Assembly: GCA_030390025.1 (NCBI GenBank)
Contig: CM059449.1
Location: 15,562,001 to 15,626,000, forward strand
DNA length: 64,000 bases
Direction of reading: 5' to 3'
DNA from: Squalus acanthias
Lineage: Eukaryota
Shown here: positions 23,521-36,129 of the stretch, in pieces
How the letters are laid out: every line of letters starts with the position of its first letter
Numbering within the stretch: position 1 is the first letter of the stretch
Position numbers and translations under genes: made by a program
The notes under the pieces: model-generated
Told to the model about the DNA's origin: nothing
The model's input: the letters and a program-made list of their open reading frames with translations, nothing else
Database searches by the model: none

Positions 23521-24749
23521 AAATTCTATATTTATTAAGGTGTACGATTATTTGTTTGGGCAGGTTGTTTCCTTATGCAGAACTAATATATTACGAAGTT
23601 ACAGTGTGTAAAAAAAACGATTTTATTTTATTATGCTGTGTTACTTTGCGTTGAATCCACCTTTTCAAAGGTATATGCTTTTTATCTTTCGGGGAACTTT
23701 ATATATATATTATACACATTAACGTTCTCCTCCATGCAGAAGCTGTGAATTTGCATTTTACAATTAACATAATTAATAGGGCCTACTAAAATGTATTTAT
23801 GGAAATAAATTAACTCACGGACTCCTAAACGACTGTGTTGCACATGGAATTATCTGATATATTATACCTTCTACTCGACAAATCAACGTCTTTGCGTTCG
23901 ACACAATTTATTCCATTCGCAAAAAATTGATATTCAACCCGTTTCCAAAAGTTCCCATACTTACACTTGACATAATAGAAAGGACAGATTTCCTTCTTAA
24001 ATGATTAAAGATGACAGAAGTGAAATCTGCCCCCAGTATGAGGTTGAAATAGAAATGATTTGGGGAATGGTGATTATATTATGCCAATACAAAGTAAACA
24101 AACTGCGTGAAAACACAGCAGATCCGCCTTTATAAAGTGACAATTGCCTCTAATTTTTCCACTATAAAGGTTCTGAATATATACAGATGTTCAATCTGAT
24201 TATGGACTGCAATTTCCCAAAGTTCCGTGAGAAACGGGAAAAGGACCCAATGTAATGACAGCTGATATAGGTTTGTAGCTCAATGATTGATGGATCAATC
24301 AGCATTTTAAATTCTTCATAATAGCTTGTAAATTGTGGGACACAAGAGATCATTTTGTCCAAAAAAAACCTGTCCCTGTTTGACAGATCAATGCTTCTTT
24401 CTCCAGAAACAAACATGTTGTCTCTTGAATCTATTTGTACTGCCCACTCCCACGGCCGTCTCCAGTAACTTGTTCCACAAATCCCTTACTCTATAGGCGT
24501 ACAGTTTACGCCTGACTTCCCTTCTTATAGCTAACTAGTTAACGTCTAAAGTGTGACCCTTGGAAATGAGATCCTTCCCCACAGTGACCGATCTATCTGG
24601 GCTCAATTCATAATAATTGTACAACGTTAATTGACAGGTTGCGGTATTTCATGTACGATACATTGATTCGAATTTATTCCAACAAAAAAGGACACCCTGT
24701 AACATCAATTAGTGACAGTGAAATATACTTTAATTTGAGCTTCACACCT

Positions 24750-25572
24750 CGTGGCAGATGACATTTCACGCAAGAAAGTGCGAAGTGTTACATTTTGGTA
24801 GGAAGAACGAGGAGAGGCATGATAAACTGAAGGTTACGATCCAAAAGGGGCTGCATGAACAGAGAGACCTGGGGGTACATGTGCACAAATCATTGAAGGT
24901 GGCAGGCCAGGTTGAGAAAGCGGTTAACAAAGCATATAGGAGACTCGGCTTCATAAATAGAGGCATAGAGTACAAAAGCAAGGAAGTTATGATGAACCTT
25001 TATAAAACACTGGTTCGGCCTCAACTGGAGTATTGTGTCCAATTCTGGGCACCACACTTTAGGAAGGATGTGAAGGCCTTAGAGAGGGTGCAGAAAAGAT
25101 TTACAAGAATTGTTCCATGGATGAGGAGCTTCAGTTATGTGAATAGACTGGAGAAGTCGGGGCTGTTCTCTTTGGAGCAGATAAAGTTTAGAGGAGATCT
25201 GATAGAGGTGTTCAAAATCATGAGGTGTCTGGACAGAGTAGATAGAGAGAAACTGTCCCCATCGGTGGAAGGGTCGAGAACCAGAGGACATAGGTTTAAG
25301 GTGATTGGCAAAAGAACCAAAGGCGACATGAGGAAAACTTTTTTACGCAGCGAGTTGTTAGGACCTGGAATGCACAGCCTGAAAGGATGGTGGAGGCAGA
25401 TACAATCGTGGCTTTCAAAAGGGATTTGGATGAGTACCTGAAGGGAAAAAAATGCAGGGCTACGGCGAAAGGGCGGGTGAGTGGGATTAGCTGAAGTGGC
25501 CTTGCAGAGAGCCGGCACGGGTTCGGCGGGCTAAATGGCCTCCTTCTGTGCTGTAACCATTCTATGATTCTC
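24750..25572 (+). mobile_element. CR1 LINE 3' fragment ending ~60 bp upstream of the gene B V exon
   Basis: ORF 24758-25441 KCEVLHFG...LVRPQLEYCVQFWAPH; ttctatgattct tail. Confidence 0.92.
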
Positions 25573-25633
25573 TACTGGTCTATAATTCTGTAGGTCACTA
25601 TTGACAGATTGCATTGTTCCATTTATACTCTAG

Positions 25634-25972
25634 ACAATGGGTTGATGAGTGGAATCAGAGTGTTCCAATCCCCAGATGCCATCAATGTAATAGAAGGAGG
25701 ATCGGTACAGCTGAACTGCACTTTTGAGGCGAATAGTACTGTCGGACGAGTTGTTTGGAGGCGGGCCTCACAAAACATGGAAGTGTCGGTTCGGAATCCT
25801 TTCTATCAGAGCCGGGTAACGAAGCCAGTGTCGAAATTATTTGCAGAAAAAATGGCTTTCATTGAAATGATCAATTTACTGACAATGAACGCGGATTTAT
25901 ATAACTGCGAGGTGGAAATTCCGGCGCTTGGGAAAGCAGGCGGGACAGGAACACAACTTATAATAACTGACA
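25634..25972 (+). CDS. NCR3: Gene B VJ-type IgV exon, NKp30-like
   Basis: VFQSP...EGGSVQLNCTF...VGRVVW...EVSVRNPFYQSR...LYNCEVEIPALGKAGGTGTQLIIT. Acceptor tatactctag, donor A|gtaagt, phase 1-1. The symbol is family-level. Confidence 0.9.
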
Positions 25973-26767
25973 GTAAGTAGAAAAGATCAGAGTTCGTTTT
26001 AAGAATTTACCAATATTTTGACATTGGTATGGCTGTACATGTGCTATGCTAAGAGATTTCAGTTCGTTTGCTGAATTGTGTCCGTGTGTCAATATCACTT
26101 TCAAAGTACATCAGGAACAATTGTTCGACAATTAATATCCTGAAAGTGCCGTATATCTGACTTGAATCTGGCTATTCAAGGCGCGGTGCTTTAGGAATAG
26201 GAATACACGAGCTTCAAGCTACTCCCCCACCCCCACCACCCCACCAGCTGAAGGTTAGTGTTATTTCAAAATAGTACTTTGCATTATCCCTTGATATTCT
26301 TGCTTGGCACCTTACCTTACCTCTGTTAGGGAGGTGCTGCTGAAGAAGCCTTGGCGAGTTTAATGAAATAGGCTTTAGGTATAATTTACTGTTTTCGATA
26401 TAAGCCTTTATTTTAAACAGGTTAGCGTCTTGGTTAAAATGAAAAGAATTTGCACGCTAGTATTTCAACAAATAATTATAGTTTTTTCAGTTTCCACGTG
26501 GATGCAATACCTCAGATTACATAAAAATAGGAAACGGCCTTTCTTTAACGTATAGAACGCCACTGGAATGATATTTCAGTTTTCATATCCTATAACTGAG
26601 CAATCCAAATTTAATTATTAAATTGCGCACTAGTGGCCTTCGTTATGGCGATTTCTGATTTCAATTGATAGGCGGGGTGTGGGAGGCGGGGCAGTGTGAT
26701 CGCCTGATATACACTCCGCCCAGTAATGCGTCCAATTGCCTTAAAATAAAACTGAATATAGGGCGCA

Positions 26768-27440
26768 CCAAAGCCAAATGCTGCGGATGCTGGTAATCTG
26801 AAAAAAGAAACAGAAAATGCTGGAAAATACTCAGCAGGTCAGGCAGCATCTGTGGAGAGTGAGAAACAGAGTTAAAGTTTCAGGTTTCTGACAGAAGGGC
26901 ATCGATCCGAAACGTAAACTCTGTTTCTCTCTCTCCCTGCAGATGCTGCCTGACATGCTGAGTGTTTCCAGCATTTTCTGCTTTTTTTATATTGAATATT
27001 GGGCGAGTTGTACAGCGGTCGGCCAATATGATTCTGTCTGCCTTGAGAGCACGTCCATGTCCAATTTCACCCCTACAACAACACAAAAGCCAAATACTGC
27101 GGATGCTGGAAATCTGAAATAAAAACAGAAAATGCTGGAAATTCTCAGCCGGTCAGGCAGCGTCTGTGGAGAGAGAAACAGAGTTAACGTTTCAGGTCGA
27201 TGAGCCTTCGTCAGAACTGGAAAAAGTTGGAGATGGAACAGGTTTTTAAGCAAGTGTAGGGGCCTGGAAAGGGGGAGGGGAGGAAAGAACAAAAGGGAAG
27301 GTCTGTGACAGGATGGAAGGCAGGAGAGATTAAAGAGACAAAAGTGATGATGGTGCAATGCAAGAGGAGATGGTAATGGGACAACTTAAGAAACAAAAGA
27401 TGACTCTAGATGAAGTATAAATGGCAATGGCAGAATGATC
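26768..27440. mobile_element. Penelope-derived pLTR cluster (inverted pair 26768-26990; longer copy 27080-27440 with hammerhead 27182-27218)
   Basis: cagaaaatgctggaaa...gcagcatctg arms in inverted orientation; minus-strand AGTT-CTGACGA...GAAACGTT-AACT. Confidence 0.8.
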
Positions 27441-27525
27441 GATCACCCCACCATTTTCTTGCATTATCTTTCACTTCAACCAAGCGCCACCATACTGACT
27501 ATATTATTGTTTCTGTTTCTAACAG

Positions 27526-27647
27526 GAGCTAGAGTCGAGCCTATCTGCCATTTCCCCACGCTCAGCGCTGGATTACAAGTTACAAAAACGGAGCTGCTGA
27601 TCATTCTCATAATCACAGGCCTGACGACGTACCTCTGTCCCACGTAG
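27526..27647 (+). CDS. Gene B stalk/TM exon (R)ARVEPICHFPTLSAGLQVTKTELLIILIITGLTTYLCPT*
   Basis: Acceptor gtttctgtttctaacag, phase 1, in frame with the V exon. Lys and Glu lie in or at the edge of the TM. TAG at 27645-27647 overlaps a possible donor AC|gtaggg. Confidence 0.75.
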
Positions 27648-27874
27648 GGAAAAATACTATGATTTATAACAAGATACATCAGCAAACGCTGTTAGAAAAG
27701 ATGTCGAAAGTCGATGTAAATTTTATCAGGAAGTTCTTTATGTTGCCCATGGTCGATATCTTTGTGTTACAGCATTGCATCGATGTGGAGTAAAGCATGG
27801 GCGATGATAGATATCGTTTTATTACAAAATATTTCAATTAAAGTTACTGCAGCGTCAACATAATAACTATGAAT

Positions 27875-30702
27875 TAGCTGCGCAAATAGAGGTAAACGAA
27901 TATGATTTGATTGGGATTACTGAAACATGGCTCCAGGGTTGCCAAGGCTGGGATCCAGCGGTACTCAGTATTCAGGAAAGATAGGCAAAAACGAAAAGGA
28001 GGTGGGGTAGCATTGCTGGTTAAAAAGGGCATTAACACAATTGAAAGGAAGGATATTAGCTCTGATGATGTGGAATCTGTATGGGTTGAACTGAGAAATA
28101 ACAAGGGGCAGAAAACGTTAGTGGGAGTGGTATATGGACCTCCAAACAGTAATGCGGAGGCTGGGGATGGCATTAAAAGGGAAATTAGAGAAGCGTGCAA
28201 TAAGGGCACTGCAGTCATCATGGGTGACTTTAATCTACATAGAGAATTGGCTAACCAAATTAGTAACAATACTATGGAGGAGGAATTCCTGGAGTGTTTA
28301 CGGGATGGTTTCCTGGACCAATATGTCGAGGAACCAACTAGACATCAGGCCATCTTAGACTGGGTATTATGCAATGAGAAAGGGTTAATTAGCAATCTTG
28401 TTGTGCGAGGCCCCTTGGGTCGGAGCGATCATAATATGATAGAATTCTTCATTAGGATGGAGAGTGAAGCAGTGAATCAGAGACTAGGGTCCTGAATTTA
28501 AATAAAGGAAACTACGATGGTATGAGGTGTGAGTTGGGTAGGATTGATTGGGGAATGTCACTCAAAGGGTTGACGGTGGATAGTCAATGGCAAACATTCA
28601 AAGACCGCATGGAGAAACTACAGAATTTGTTCATCCCAGTTTGGCATAAGAATAAAACAAAAAGGGTGACTCAACCGTGGCTAACAAGGGAAATTAGGGA
28701 TATATAAGAATCAAGGAGAGGGCATATAAATTGGCCAGAAAAAGCAGTAACCCTGAGGATTGGGAGCAGTTTAAGATTCAACAAAGGAGGACAAAGGGAT
28801 TAATTAAGAAGGGAAAAATAGAATACGAGAGTAAGCTTGCTGGGAACATAAAAACTGACTGTAAAAGCTTTTATAGATATGTGAAGAGAAAAAGATTAGT
28901 GAAATCAAGCATAGGTCCCTTGCAGTCAGAATCAGGGGCACTTATAATGGGGAACAAAGACATGTCAGCCCAATTAAATAGATATTTTGGTTCTGTCTTC
29001 ACAAAGGAGGACACAAATAACCTCCCAGAGATGTTGGGGAACATAGGGTCTGATGAAAGGGAGGAACTGAAAGAAATCAGTATTTGTAGGGAAATGGTGT
29101 TCGGGAAATTGAAGGGATTGAAGGCCGATAAATCCCCAGGGCCTGATAATCTACATCCCAGGGTACTTAAGGAAGTGGCCCTAGAAATAGTAGATGCATT
29201 GCTGATCATCTTCCAACATTCGATGGAATCTCAAACAGTACCCATGGATTGGAGGGTAGCTAATGTTACCCCACTATTCAAAAAGGGTGGTAGAGAGAAA
29301 ACGGGGAATTACAGACCCGTAAGCCTGACATCGGTAGTGGGGAAAATGCTAGAGTCCATTATAAAAGATGTAATAGCTGATCACTTGAAAAACAGTGACA
29401 GGATCGGACAAAGTCAACATGGATTTACAAAAGGTAAATCATGCTTGACTAATCTACTGGAATTTTTTGAGGATGTAACTGGTAAAATAGATAAGGGAGA
29501 ACCAGTGGATGTGGTGTATTTGGACTTCCAAAAGGCTTTTGATAAGGTCCCGCATAAGAGATTAGCGTGTAAAGTTAAGGCACATGGGATTGGGGGCAAG
29601 GTATTTACTTGGATAGAGAACTGGTTGGCAGACAGAAAGCAAAGAGTTGCAATAAACGAGTTTTTTTCCGAGTGGCAGGCAGTGACTAGTGGGGTACCGC
29701 AGAGATCGGTCCTTGGACCCCAGCTATTCACAATATATATTAATGATCTAGACAAGGGAACTAGATGTAATATCTCCTAGTTTCCAGACGACACAAAACT
29801 GGGTGGGCGTGTGTGCTGTGAGGAGGATGCCGATAAACTCCAGGATGATTTGGACAGGTTGGGTGATTGGGCAGAAGCGTGGCAGATGCAATATAACGTG
29901 GATAAATGTGAGGTTATGCACTTTGGTGTCAAAAACAGAAAGGCAGATTATTATCTGAATGGCAATAGATTGGGAGAAGGGAAAGTGCAACGAGACCTGG
30001 ATGTCCTTGTGCACCAGTCGCTGAAGGTAAGCATGCAGGTGCAGCAGGTGGTTAAGAAGGCAAATGGTATGTTGCCCTTCGTAGCGAGAGGGTTTGAGTA
30101 CAGGAACAAGGATGTCTTGCTGCAGTTGTACAGGGCCTTGGTGAGACCACACCTTGAGTACTGTGTGCAGTTTTGGTCGCCTTATCTGAGGAAGGATGTT
30201 CTTGCCATGGAAGAAGTTCAGCGAAGATTCACAAGGCTGATACCTGGGATGGCAGGAATGACGTATGAAGAGAGATTGGGTCGATTGGGCTTATACTCGC
30301 TGGAGTTTAGAAGAATGAGAGGGGATCTCATTGAAACTTATAAATTTCTGACAGGACAGGACAAACTAGAAGCAGGAAGAATGTTCCCGATGGTCGGGGA
30401 GTCCAGAACCAGGGGTCACAGTCTAAGGATAAGGGGTCAGCCATTTAAGACAGAAATCAGGAGGAATTTCTTCACCCAGAGAGTGGTGAACCTGTGGTAT
30501 TCTCTGCCACAGAAGGCAGTAGAGGCCAATTCATTAAGTAGATTCAAGAAGTAGTTGGATATATTTCTTAAGGCTAAAGGGATCAAGGGATATGGGGAGA
30601 AAGCAGGGACAGGGTACTGAATTTGGATGATCAGCCGTGATCGCATTGAATGGCGGAGCAGGCTACTCCTGCTCCTATCTTCTATGATTCTATGATTCTA
30701 TG
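27875..30702 (+). mobile_element. CR1 LINE with nearly complete but disrupted ORF2 (APE endonuclease + RT)
   Basis: GDFN and SDHN endonuclease motifs; NYRPVSLTS, YLDFQKAFDKVPH, SGVPQ.SVLGP; (F)PDD after a stop at 29778-29780; (ttctatga)n tail. Confidence 0.95.
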
Positions 30703-30709
30703 GTAGTTT

Positions 30710-31255
30710 CATAGAAACATAGAAACATAGAAAATAGGTACATGAGTAGACCATTCGGTCCTTCGAGCCTGCACCGCCATTCAATGCGTTCATGGCTGAA
30801 CATGCTACCTCAGTACCCCATTCCTGCTTTCTCGCCATACCCCTTGATCCCCATAGATGTGAGTGTTATATCTAACTCCCTTTTGAATATATTTAGCGAA
30901 CTGGCCTCAACAACCTTCTGTGGAAGAGAATTCCATAGATTCACCACTCTCTGGGTGAAGAAGTTCCTCCTCAGCTCAGTCTTAAATGGCTTCCCCTTAA
31001 TCCTTAGACTGTGACCCCTGGTTCTAGTTTTCCCTAACATTGGGAACATTCTGCCCGCATCTAATTTGTCTAAACCAGTCAGGATTTTAAATGTCTCTAA
31101 AAGATCCCCCCTCATTCTTCTGAACTCCAGAGGATACAAGTTCAGTTGACCCAATCTTTCTTGATATGTCAGACCGGCCATCCCAGGAATCAATCTAGTG
31201 AACCTTCGCTGCACTCCCTCAATAGCAAGAATGTCCTTCCTTAAGTTAGGAGACC
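30710..31255 (-). mobile_element. CR1 LINE 3' fragment, tail-to-tail with the previous element
   Basis: ORF 30810-31214; catagaaa tail repeats. Confidence 0.9.
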
Positions 31256-31389
31256 ATTGCTGATACTAGCTTTTTATTCCAGATTTATTCAATTATTTCA
31301 ATTTAAATTCCCCAGCTGCCATGGTGGGATTTGAACCCATGTCCTCGGATCATTAGCCCAGGCCTCTGGATTACTAGTCTAGTAACATA

Positions 31390-31737
31390 ACAGGGTCGAT
31401 GCTGCGGGATGTTTCCCCTGGCTGCTGAGCCTAGAACAATGGTCACAGTCTCAGAATAAAGGGTCAGCCATTCAGGACTGAGATGAGTAGAAATGTCTTC
31501 ACTCAGAGAGTTGTGAATCTTTGGAATTCTTTACCCCAGAGGGCTATGGAGGCTCAGTCTTTGAGCATATTCAAGGCTGAGATCGATAGATATTTGGACT
31601 CTAAGGGAATCAAGGGTTATGGGGCTGGGGCAGGAAGGTGGAGTTGAGGTGGAAGATCAGCCATAATCATATTCAATGACGGAGCAGGCTTGAAGGGCCG
31701 AATGGCCTACTCCAGCTCCTATTTCTTATGTTCTTAT
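31390..31737 (+). mobile_element. CR1 3' fragment nested in a SINE
   Basis: GHSLRI...FTQRVVNLWNSLP motifs. The SINE head (cataac) resumes at 31735-31755. Confidence 0.75.
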
Positions 31738-31804
31738 AACCACGATGCTACCGTCCGCCCTTAGTAAATTTTAACACTTTTGCCATCACCTTTTATTCCC
31801 ACGG

Positions 31805-31980
31805 CCCTCGAACCTGCACGCTTACAACGGTCAGTGATATATTGAAGTGCAGATCACTCTTCTCTTTATCTCTCTATTTAATTGATGTGCATTTAGATAT
31901 TCAATCCACTGACATCTTTTTCCCTTTTCCGTTTTGATCTCAAAGCAATATTGCGCCTTGCAGTAACATTATTTTTAATG
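31805..31980 (+). pseudogene. Degenerate tail module 1 (25-nt exon 31805-31829 with GG acceptor; 35-nt exon 31946-31980 NIAPCSNIIFN)
   Basis: ttttattcccacgg instead of ...cacag. The 35-nt exon keeps AG/gtgagt but has TGC at the codon where paralogs have Tyr. Confidence 0.55.
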
Positions 31981-32204
31981 GTGAGTATTAGTTATATGCA
32001 TTTAACTGTTCGATTTTCTAAATAGTCCTTGAAGCAATTTTTTTTAATGAGCAATTATTGTTAGTAAAGGACTTCAGTAGTTGCGCTGATTTTTATTGCT
32101 GGATGTACAGAAGAGGTACATACAATTTTAATCTCATTTCACATTATCAAATGTCTTGTTTGCATCAAAGGATAGACCTTAATTTTCGGCTTTCATTCCC
32201 ACAG

Positions 32205-32362
32205 AGTTAGCTCCACAAGCACAAAGGTTGGTTGGTGGTTATGAGGGTGAAGCATTTTTTAAATTACCTGGATTTTTGTTTCAGCTATGTGATGTATCTT
32301 TTCTCTTCCCAGACCCTGGATGGACATCGCTGGTTCCGCCTATGATGACATTAATCCAGCTG
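32205..32362 (+). CDS. Intact tail module 2: exons 32205-32226 (ELAPQAQ) and 32313-32362 (RPWMDIAGSAYDDINPA)
   Basis: Acceptors ttcattcccacag and tttctcttcccag; donors AG|gttggt and TG|gtgagt; phases 1-2-1. SAYDDI is ITIM-like. Confidence 0.7.
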
Positions 32363-33104
32363 GTGAGTGACGCACCTGCAGAGCAGTTAACCTGCTCCTC
32401 AATGGACCGGTTGCTTCAGAGCCTACCTGCACTGCCCGGTGTACTCCTGAGTCACCAGTGCCAGAGAGATCCCATGGTTAGATCCGTGAGATGTGCCGAA
32501 CTAACTGATCTTACTCTGGCTGGTGATTGGGTGCTACGGTGGCCGGGATTTTAATCGGGAGTCTGGTTGGGTGCAGAGCGGAAAGACTGGCTGGGAGCTG
32601 TGAGGTGGGAGGTATCAGGTGCGGGCCGGAGGTGAGGTTGGGTTGTCGGGGGCCGGAGGAGGATTGGGCAGGAGGGAGGGAAGCATCGGGGCCGGAGCGT
32701 CGAGGAGGTGAGGGAGAGAAGATCGGGGCAGGAGCATTGGGTGGGGGGTGGTGTGGACAGGGAAAGAATATCGGAGCCGGAGCATCAGGGGAGAAGGGAG
32801 AGAACATTGGGGTTGGAGCCTGGGGGCAAGGGGGGATCGGGAGAAAACATCTGGGGGTGGGGGTGGGGGGAGAGGTGGGATCTGCTTGCACCATCTTTTC
32901 AGGTCGTGCTTTCCCTATCATAACAACTCACTGCATAAAAAATTCTCCTGAACTCCCCTCTGGTACTTTTGCCAATTATCTTGAATCGGTATCCTCTGGT
33001 TACCGACCCTCCCACCAGTGGAAACAGTTTCTTGTAGTCGAACTGTTTTTAAAAAGATTGCATTAACGTTACAAAGCTTTCATGGTGAACTTTTACTTTT
33101 GTAA

Positions 33105-33263
33105 ATGTTCCTCCACCACTTGGAAGGTCGGTAAATCTCAGAGTTAACGTTTCCTACATCTTTTATGCTAATTGCTCTGTAACTCTGCAGTAACACTCAT
33201 TTTCTCTTATTTGTATGTCGTCCCGAAGGAATGAGCCGTTCTGTGATTAAACTAACTTGGATG
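33105..33263 (+). pseudogene. Dead tail module 3 (22-nt DVPPPLG exon with AA acceptor; 35-nt exon 33229-33263 NEPFCD*TNLD)
   Basis: Same sizes and phases as the intact modules. Acceptor ttttgtaa, Tyr position TGT, in-frame TAA. Confidence 0.55.
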
Positions 33264-33379
33264 GTGGGCACCACCGATTAAAGAATCATTTAACAAGATT
33301 CAATAAGGCTTCAGTATTATACTTGTGTGAATAGCTCAGGATCAAACTCAGTAGCTTGGTGTTTGCTATTTTTTTAAAT

Positions 33380-34125
33380 ATTCGTTCTTTGGATGTGGGC
33401 ATCACTGGCAAGGGCAGCATTTATTGCCCATCCCTAATTGCCCTTGAGAAGGTGGTGATGAGCCGCCTTCTTGAACCGCTGCAGTCCGTGTGCTGAAGGT
33501 ACTCCCACAGTGCTGTTAGGGAGGGAATTCCAGGATTTTGAGACAGCGACGATGAAGGAACAGTGACATACTTCGAAATTAGGATGGTGTGTAACTTGGA
33601 GGGTAACTTGGAGGTGATGGTGCTCCCATACGCCTGCTGCCCTTGTCCTTCTATGTGTTACAGTTCGCGGGTTTGGGAGGTACTGCCGAAGAAGCCTTGG
33701 CGAGTTGCTGCAGTGCATCTTGTCGATGGTACACACTGCAGCCACGTTACACTGGTGGTGGAGGGAGTGAGTGTTTAAGGTGGTGGACGCAATGCCAATC
33801 AAGTGGGTTGCTTTGTCCTGGATGGTGTCGAGCTTCTTGAGTATTGTTGGAGCTGCACTCATCCAGCCAAGTGGAGAGTATTCCATCACACTCCTGACTT
33901 GTGCCTGGTAGATGGTGGAAAGGCTTTGGGGAGTCAGGAGGTGCGACACTCGCCGCAGAATACACTACATCTGGCCTGCGCTTGTAGCCACATTATTTAT
34001 GTGACTGGTCCTGTTAAGTTTCTGGTCAATGGTGACACCCCCAAGATGTTGATGGTGGGGGATTCAGCGATGGTAATGCCGTTCAATGTCAAGGGGCGGT
34101 GGTTAGACTCTCGCTTGTTGGAGAT
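33380..34125 (-). mobile_element. LINE RT C-terminal fragment
   Basis: ORF 33434-33949 IYQAQVRSVMEYSPLGW...WNSLPNS. Confidence 0.9.
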
Positions 34126-34157
34126 GTAATATTCTTCACCTTGTGCTGTTGGACACG

Positions 34158-34342
34158 GGGCAATTTTAACCTAACCCGACCATCGGGAAACTGACGAGAT
34201 CGGGTGGAACGCCGGCATTACATGCCGCTCGATTTTACTCTCCAGTGAAGTCAGTGGAGGGTAATATGGGGCAGGGGGTGTAAAACCGGAGTTCCACCCG
34301 ATCCCGTGGGTTTTTCTGGCCGGCCTTAGGCTAAAATTACAC
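34158..34342. repeat. MITE-like palindromic element
   Basis: gatcgggtggaac/gttccacccgatc inverted repeat; centre ctccagtgaagtcagtggag; aattttaacctaa/ttaggctaaaatt ends. Confidence 0.65.
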
Positions 34343-34840
34343 ACGGTATCAGCAGCGAGCACTGCTGGAGCGCTATTGAATTACAGCACCGGTTCGGAGG
34401 AGCGTAGAGTCCCCCCTGCACCGTACTAACGCTATACTTTAGCCACAATCTCTGAAGAATACCTCTCATTGGATCAGTATGACATCGCTTTTGATTGGTT
34501 GGGCAGCTACACACCATCCCTTTAATGCTTCATTATATTCAGTTCAACCACGCCCGCTGGATGCTGGATTACCTAAACTATCTTTACACATTGCCCCTCT
34601 AGACAGGGATAAAGGGCACCCTCACCCGGCAGTTAGAGTTGGAATGAAACTGGTCGCATAATGAAATGGGAACCGACTGCAGTGAAACCTTCCCACTCCC
34701 ACTCCCCTCAGATAAACAATTATTAATTAATATTGAAAAATGATAAAAACCAAGACGCAGTTAAGAATGGAGCTGTGCTAAACGCAGTCTCAGATATAAC
34801 AGAGTTACGAATTTCTTTTTTGTTCATTGTCTTTCCACAG

Positions 34841-34974
34841 ACTTCTCTCCACCTTTGCAATGGTGCGTAGATATCACTGTGACATTTTGCTGCCTTTATT
34901 TTCATGGCACGTACCGCGTGTCCTCCCTTTGTGGTTCAGTGATGAAGAGGTGTATGCCGAAATCCCCCCGCTTG
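34841..34974 (+). CDS. Intact tail module 4: exons 34841-34862 (DFSPPLQ) and 34940-34974 (CDEEVYAEIPPL)
   Basis: Acceptors tgtctttccacag and ccctttgtggttcag; donors TG|gtgcgt and TG|gtaagg; 22 + 35 nt, phases 1-2-1; acidic YxxI. Confidence 0.75.
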
Positions 34975-36129
34975 GTAAGGATTGTTACAGTGTCTTACTT
35001 ACAAGCTACTATTGTCTATATTAGCCTTTCATTTATGCGACATTCATTACTTCGATAGAGATAGAGGAACAGATATGTCGGCAAATCTCAGAGAAGTGTA
35101 GAAATAATAGGATAATAATTGTAGGGGATTTCAACTTCCCCAATATTAACTGGGATAGTCCGAGTGTGAAAGGATTAGAGTGTGTGGAATTCTTAAAATG
35201 CATCCAGGAGAGCTTTTTGAGCCAGCATGTAGAAAGTCCTACAAGAGAGGGGCGGTACTGGACCTAATTCTAGGGAATGTAGCCGGACAAGTGATAGAAG
35301 TGTCAGCAGGAGAGCATTTTGGTGACAGTGACCATAATTCGGTGAGATTTAAGGTAGTCATGGAAAAGGGCAAAGATGGACCGGAAATTAAATTTCTAAA
35401 TTCGGGGAAGGCCGATTTTAATATGATAATGCTGGATCTGGCCAAAGTGGACTGGGATCAGCTACTTGTAGGAAAATCCACATCAGAGCAGTGGGAGTCT
35501 TTCAGAAAGGAAATAGAGAGAGAACAGCGCCAACATGTTCCCGTGAAGGTCAATGGTGGGACCAACAAGCCCAGGGAACCCTGGATGTCAAGGGATATAC
35601 AAGAATGAATTAGGAAAAAAGGGAGGGTTTGGCAGATACAAAGGACTAAAAATAGTGGAAGCCCTAGAGGGGTATAGAAAGTGCAGGGGGTACTTGAAAA
35701 AGAAATTAGGAGAGCGAAGAGGGAGCATGAAAAAACACTGGCGGGCAAAATAAAGGAAAGTCCCAAGGTGTTTTATAAGTTTATTAAGGGCAAGAGGATA
35801 ACCAGGGAAAGAGTAGGGCCCATTAGGGACCAAAGTGGCAATCTGTGTGTAGAGCCGGAAGATGTAGGTGAGGTTTTAAATGAATATTTTTCATCTGTGT
35901 AAACTATGGAGAAGGACGCTGTAGGCATAAAAATCAGGCAGGGGGATTGTGATATACTTGTCCAAATTAGTATTGAGTGGGAGGAGGTACTAGCGGTTTT
36001 AGCGGGCTTAAAAATGGTTAAATTCCCAGGCCCAGACGAGATGTATCCCAGGCTGCTGTGTGTGACAAGGGAGGAGATTGCAGGGGCTCTGACACAAATT
36101 TTCAGAACTTCTCTGGCCACAGGGGAGGT

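Noticed and set aside
27911-30554. Long RT/endonuclease ORFs as an active or domesticated gene
   Set aside because: Frameshifts, a stop before the catalytic motif and FADD changed to FPDD indicate an ordinary dead CR1.
32511-33066. 136-179 aa Pro/Gly-rich ORFs
   Set aside because: Derived from a short GC-rich minisatellite-like repeat (atcggggccggagc) plus a CR1 scrap.
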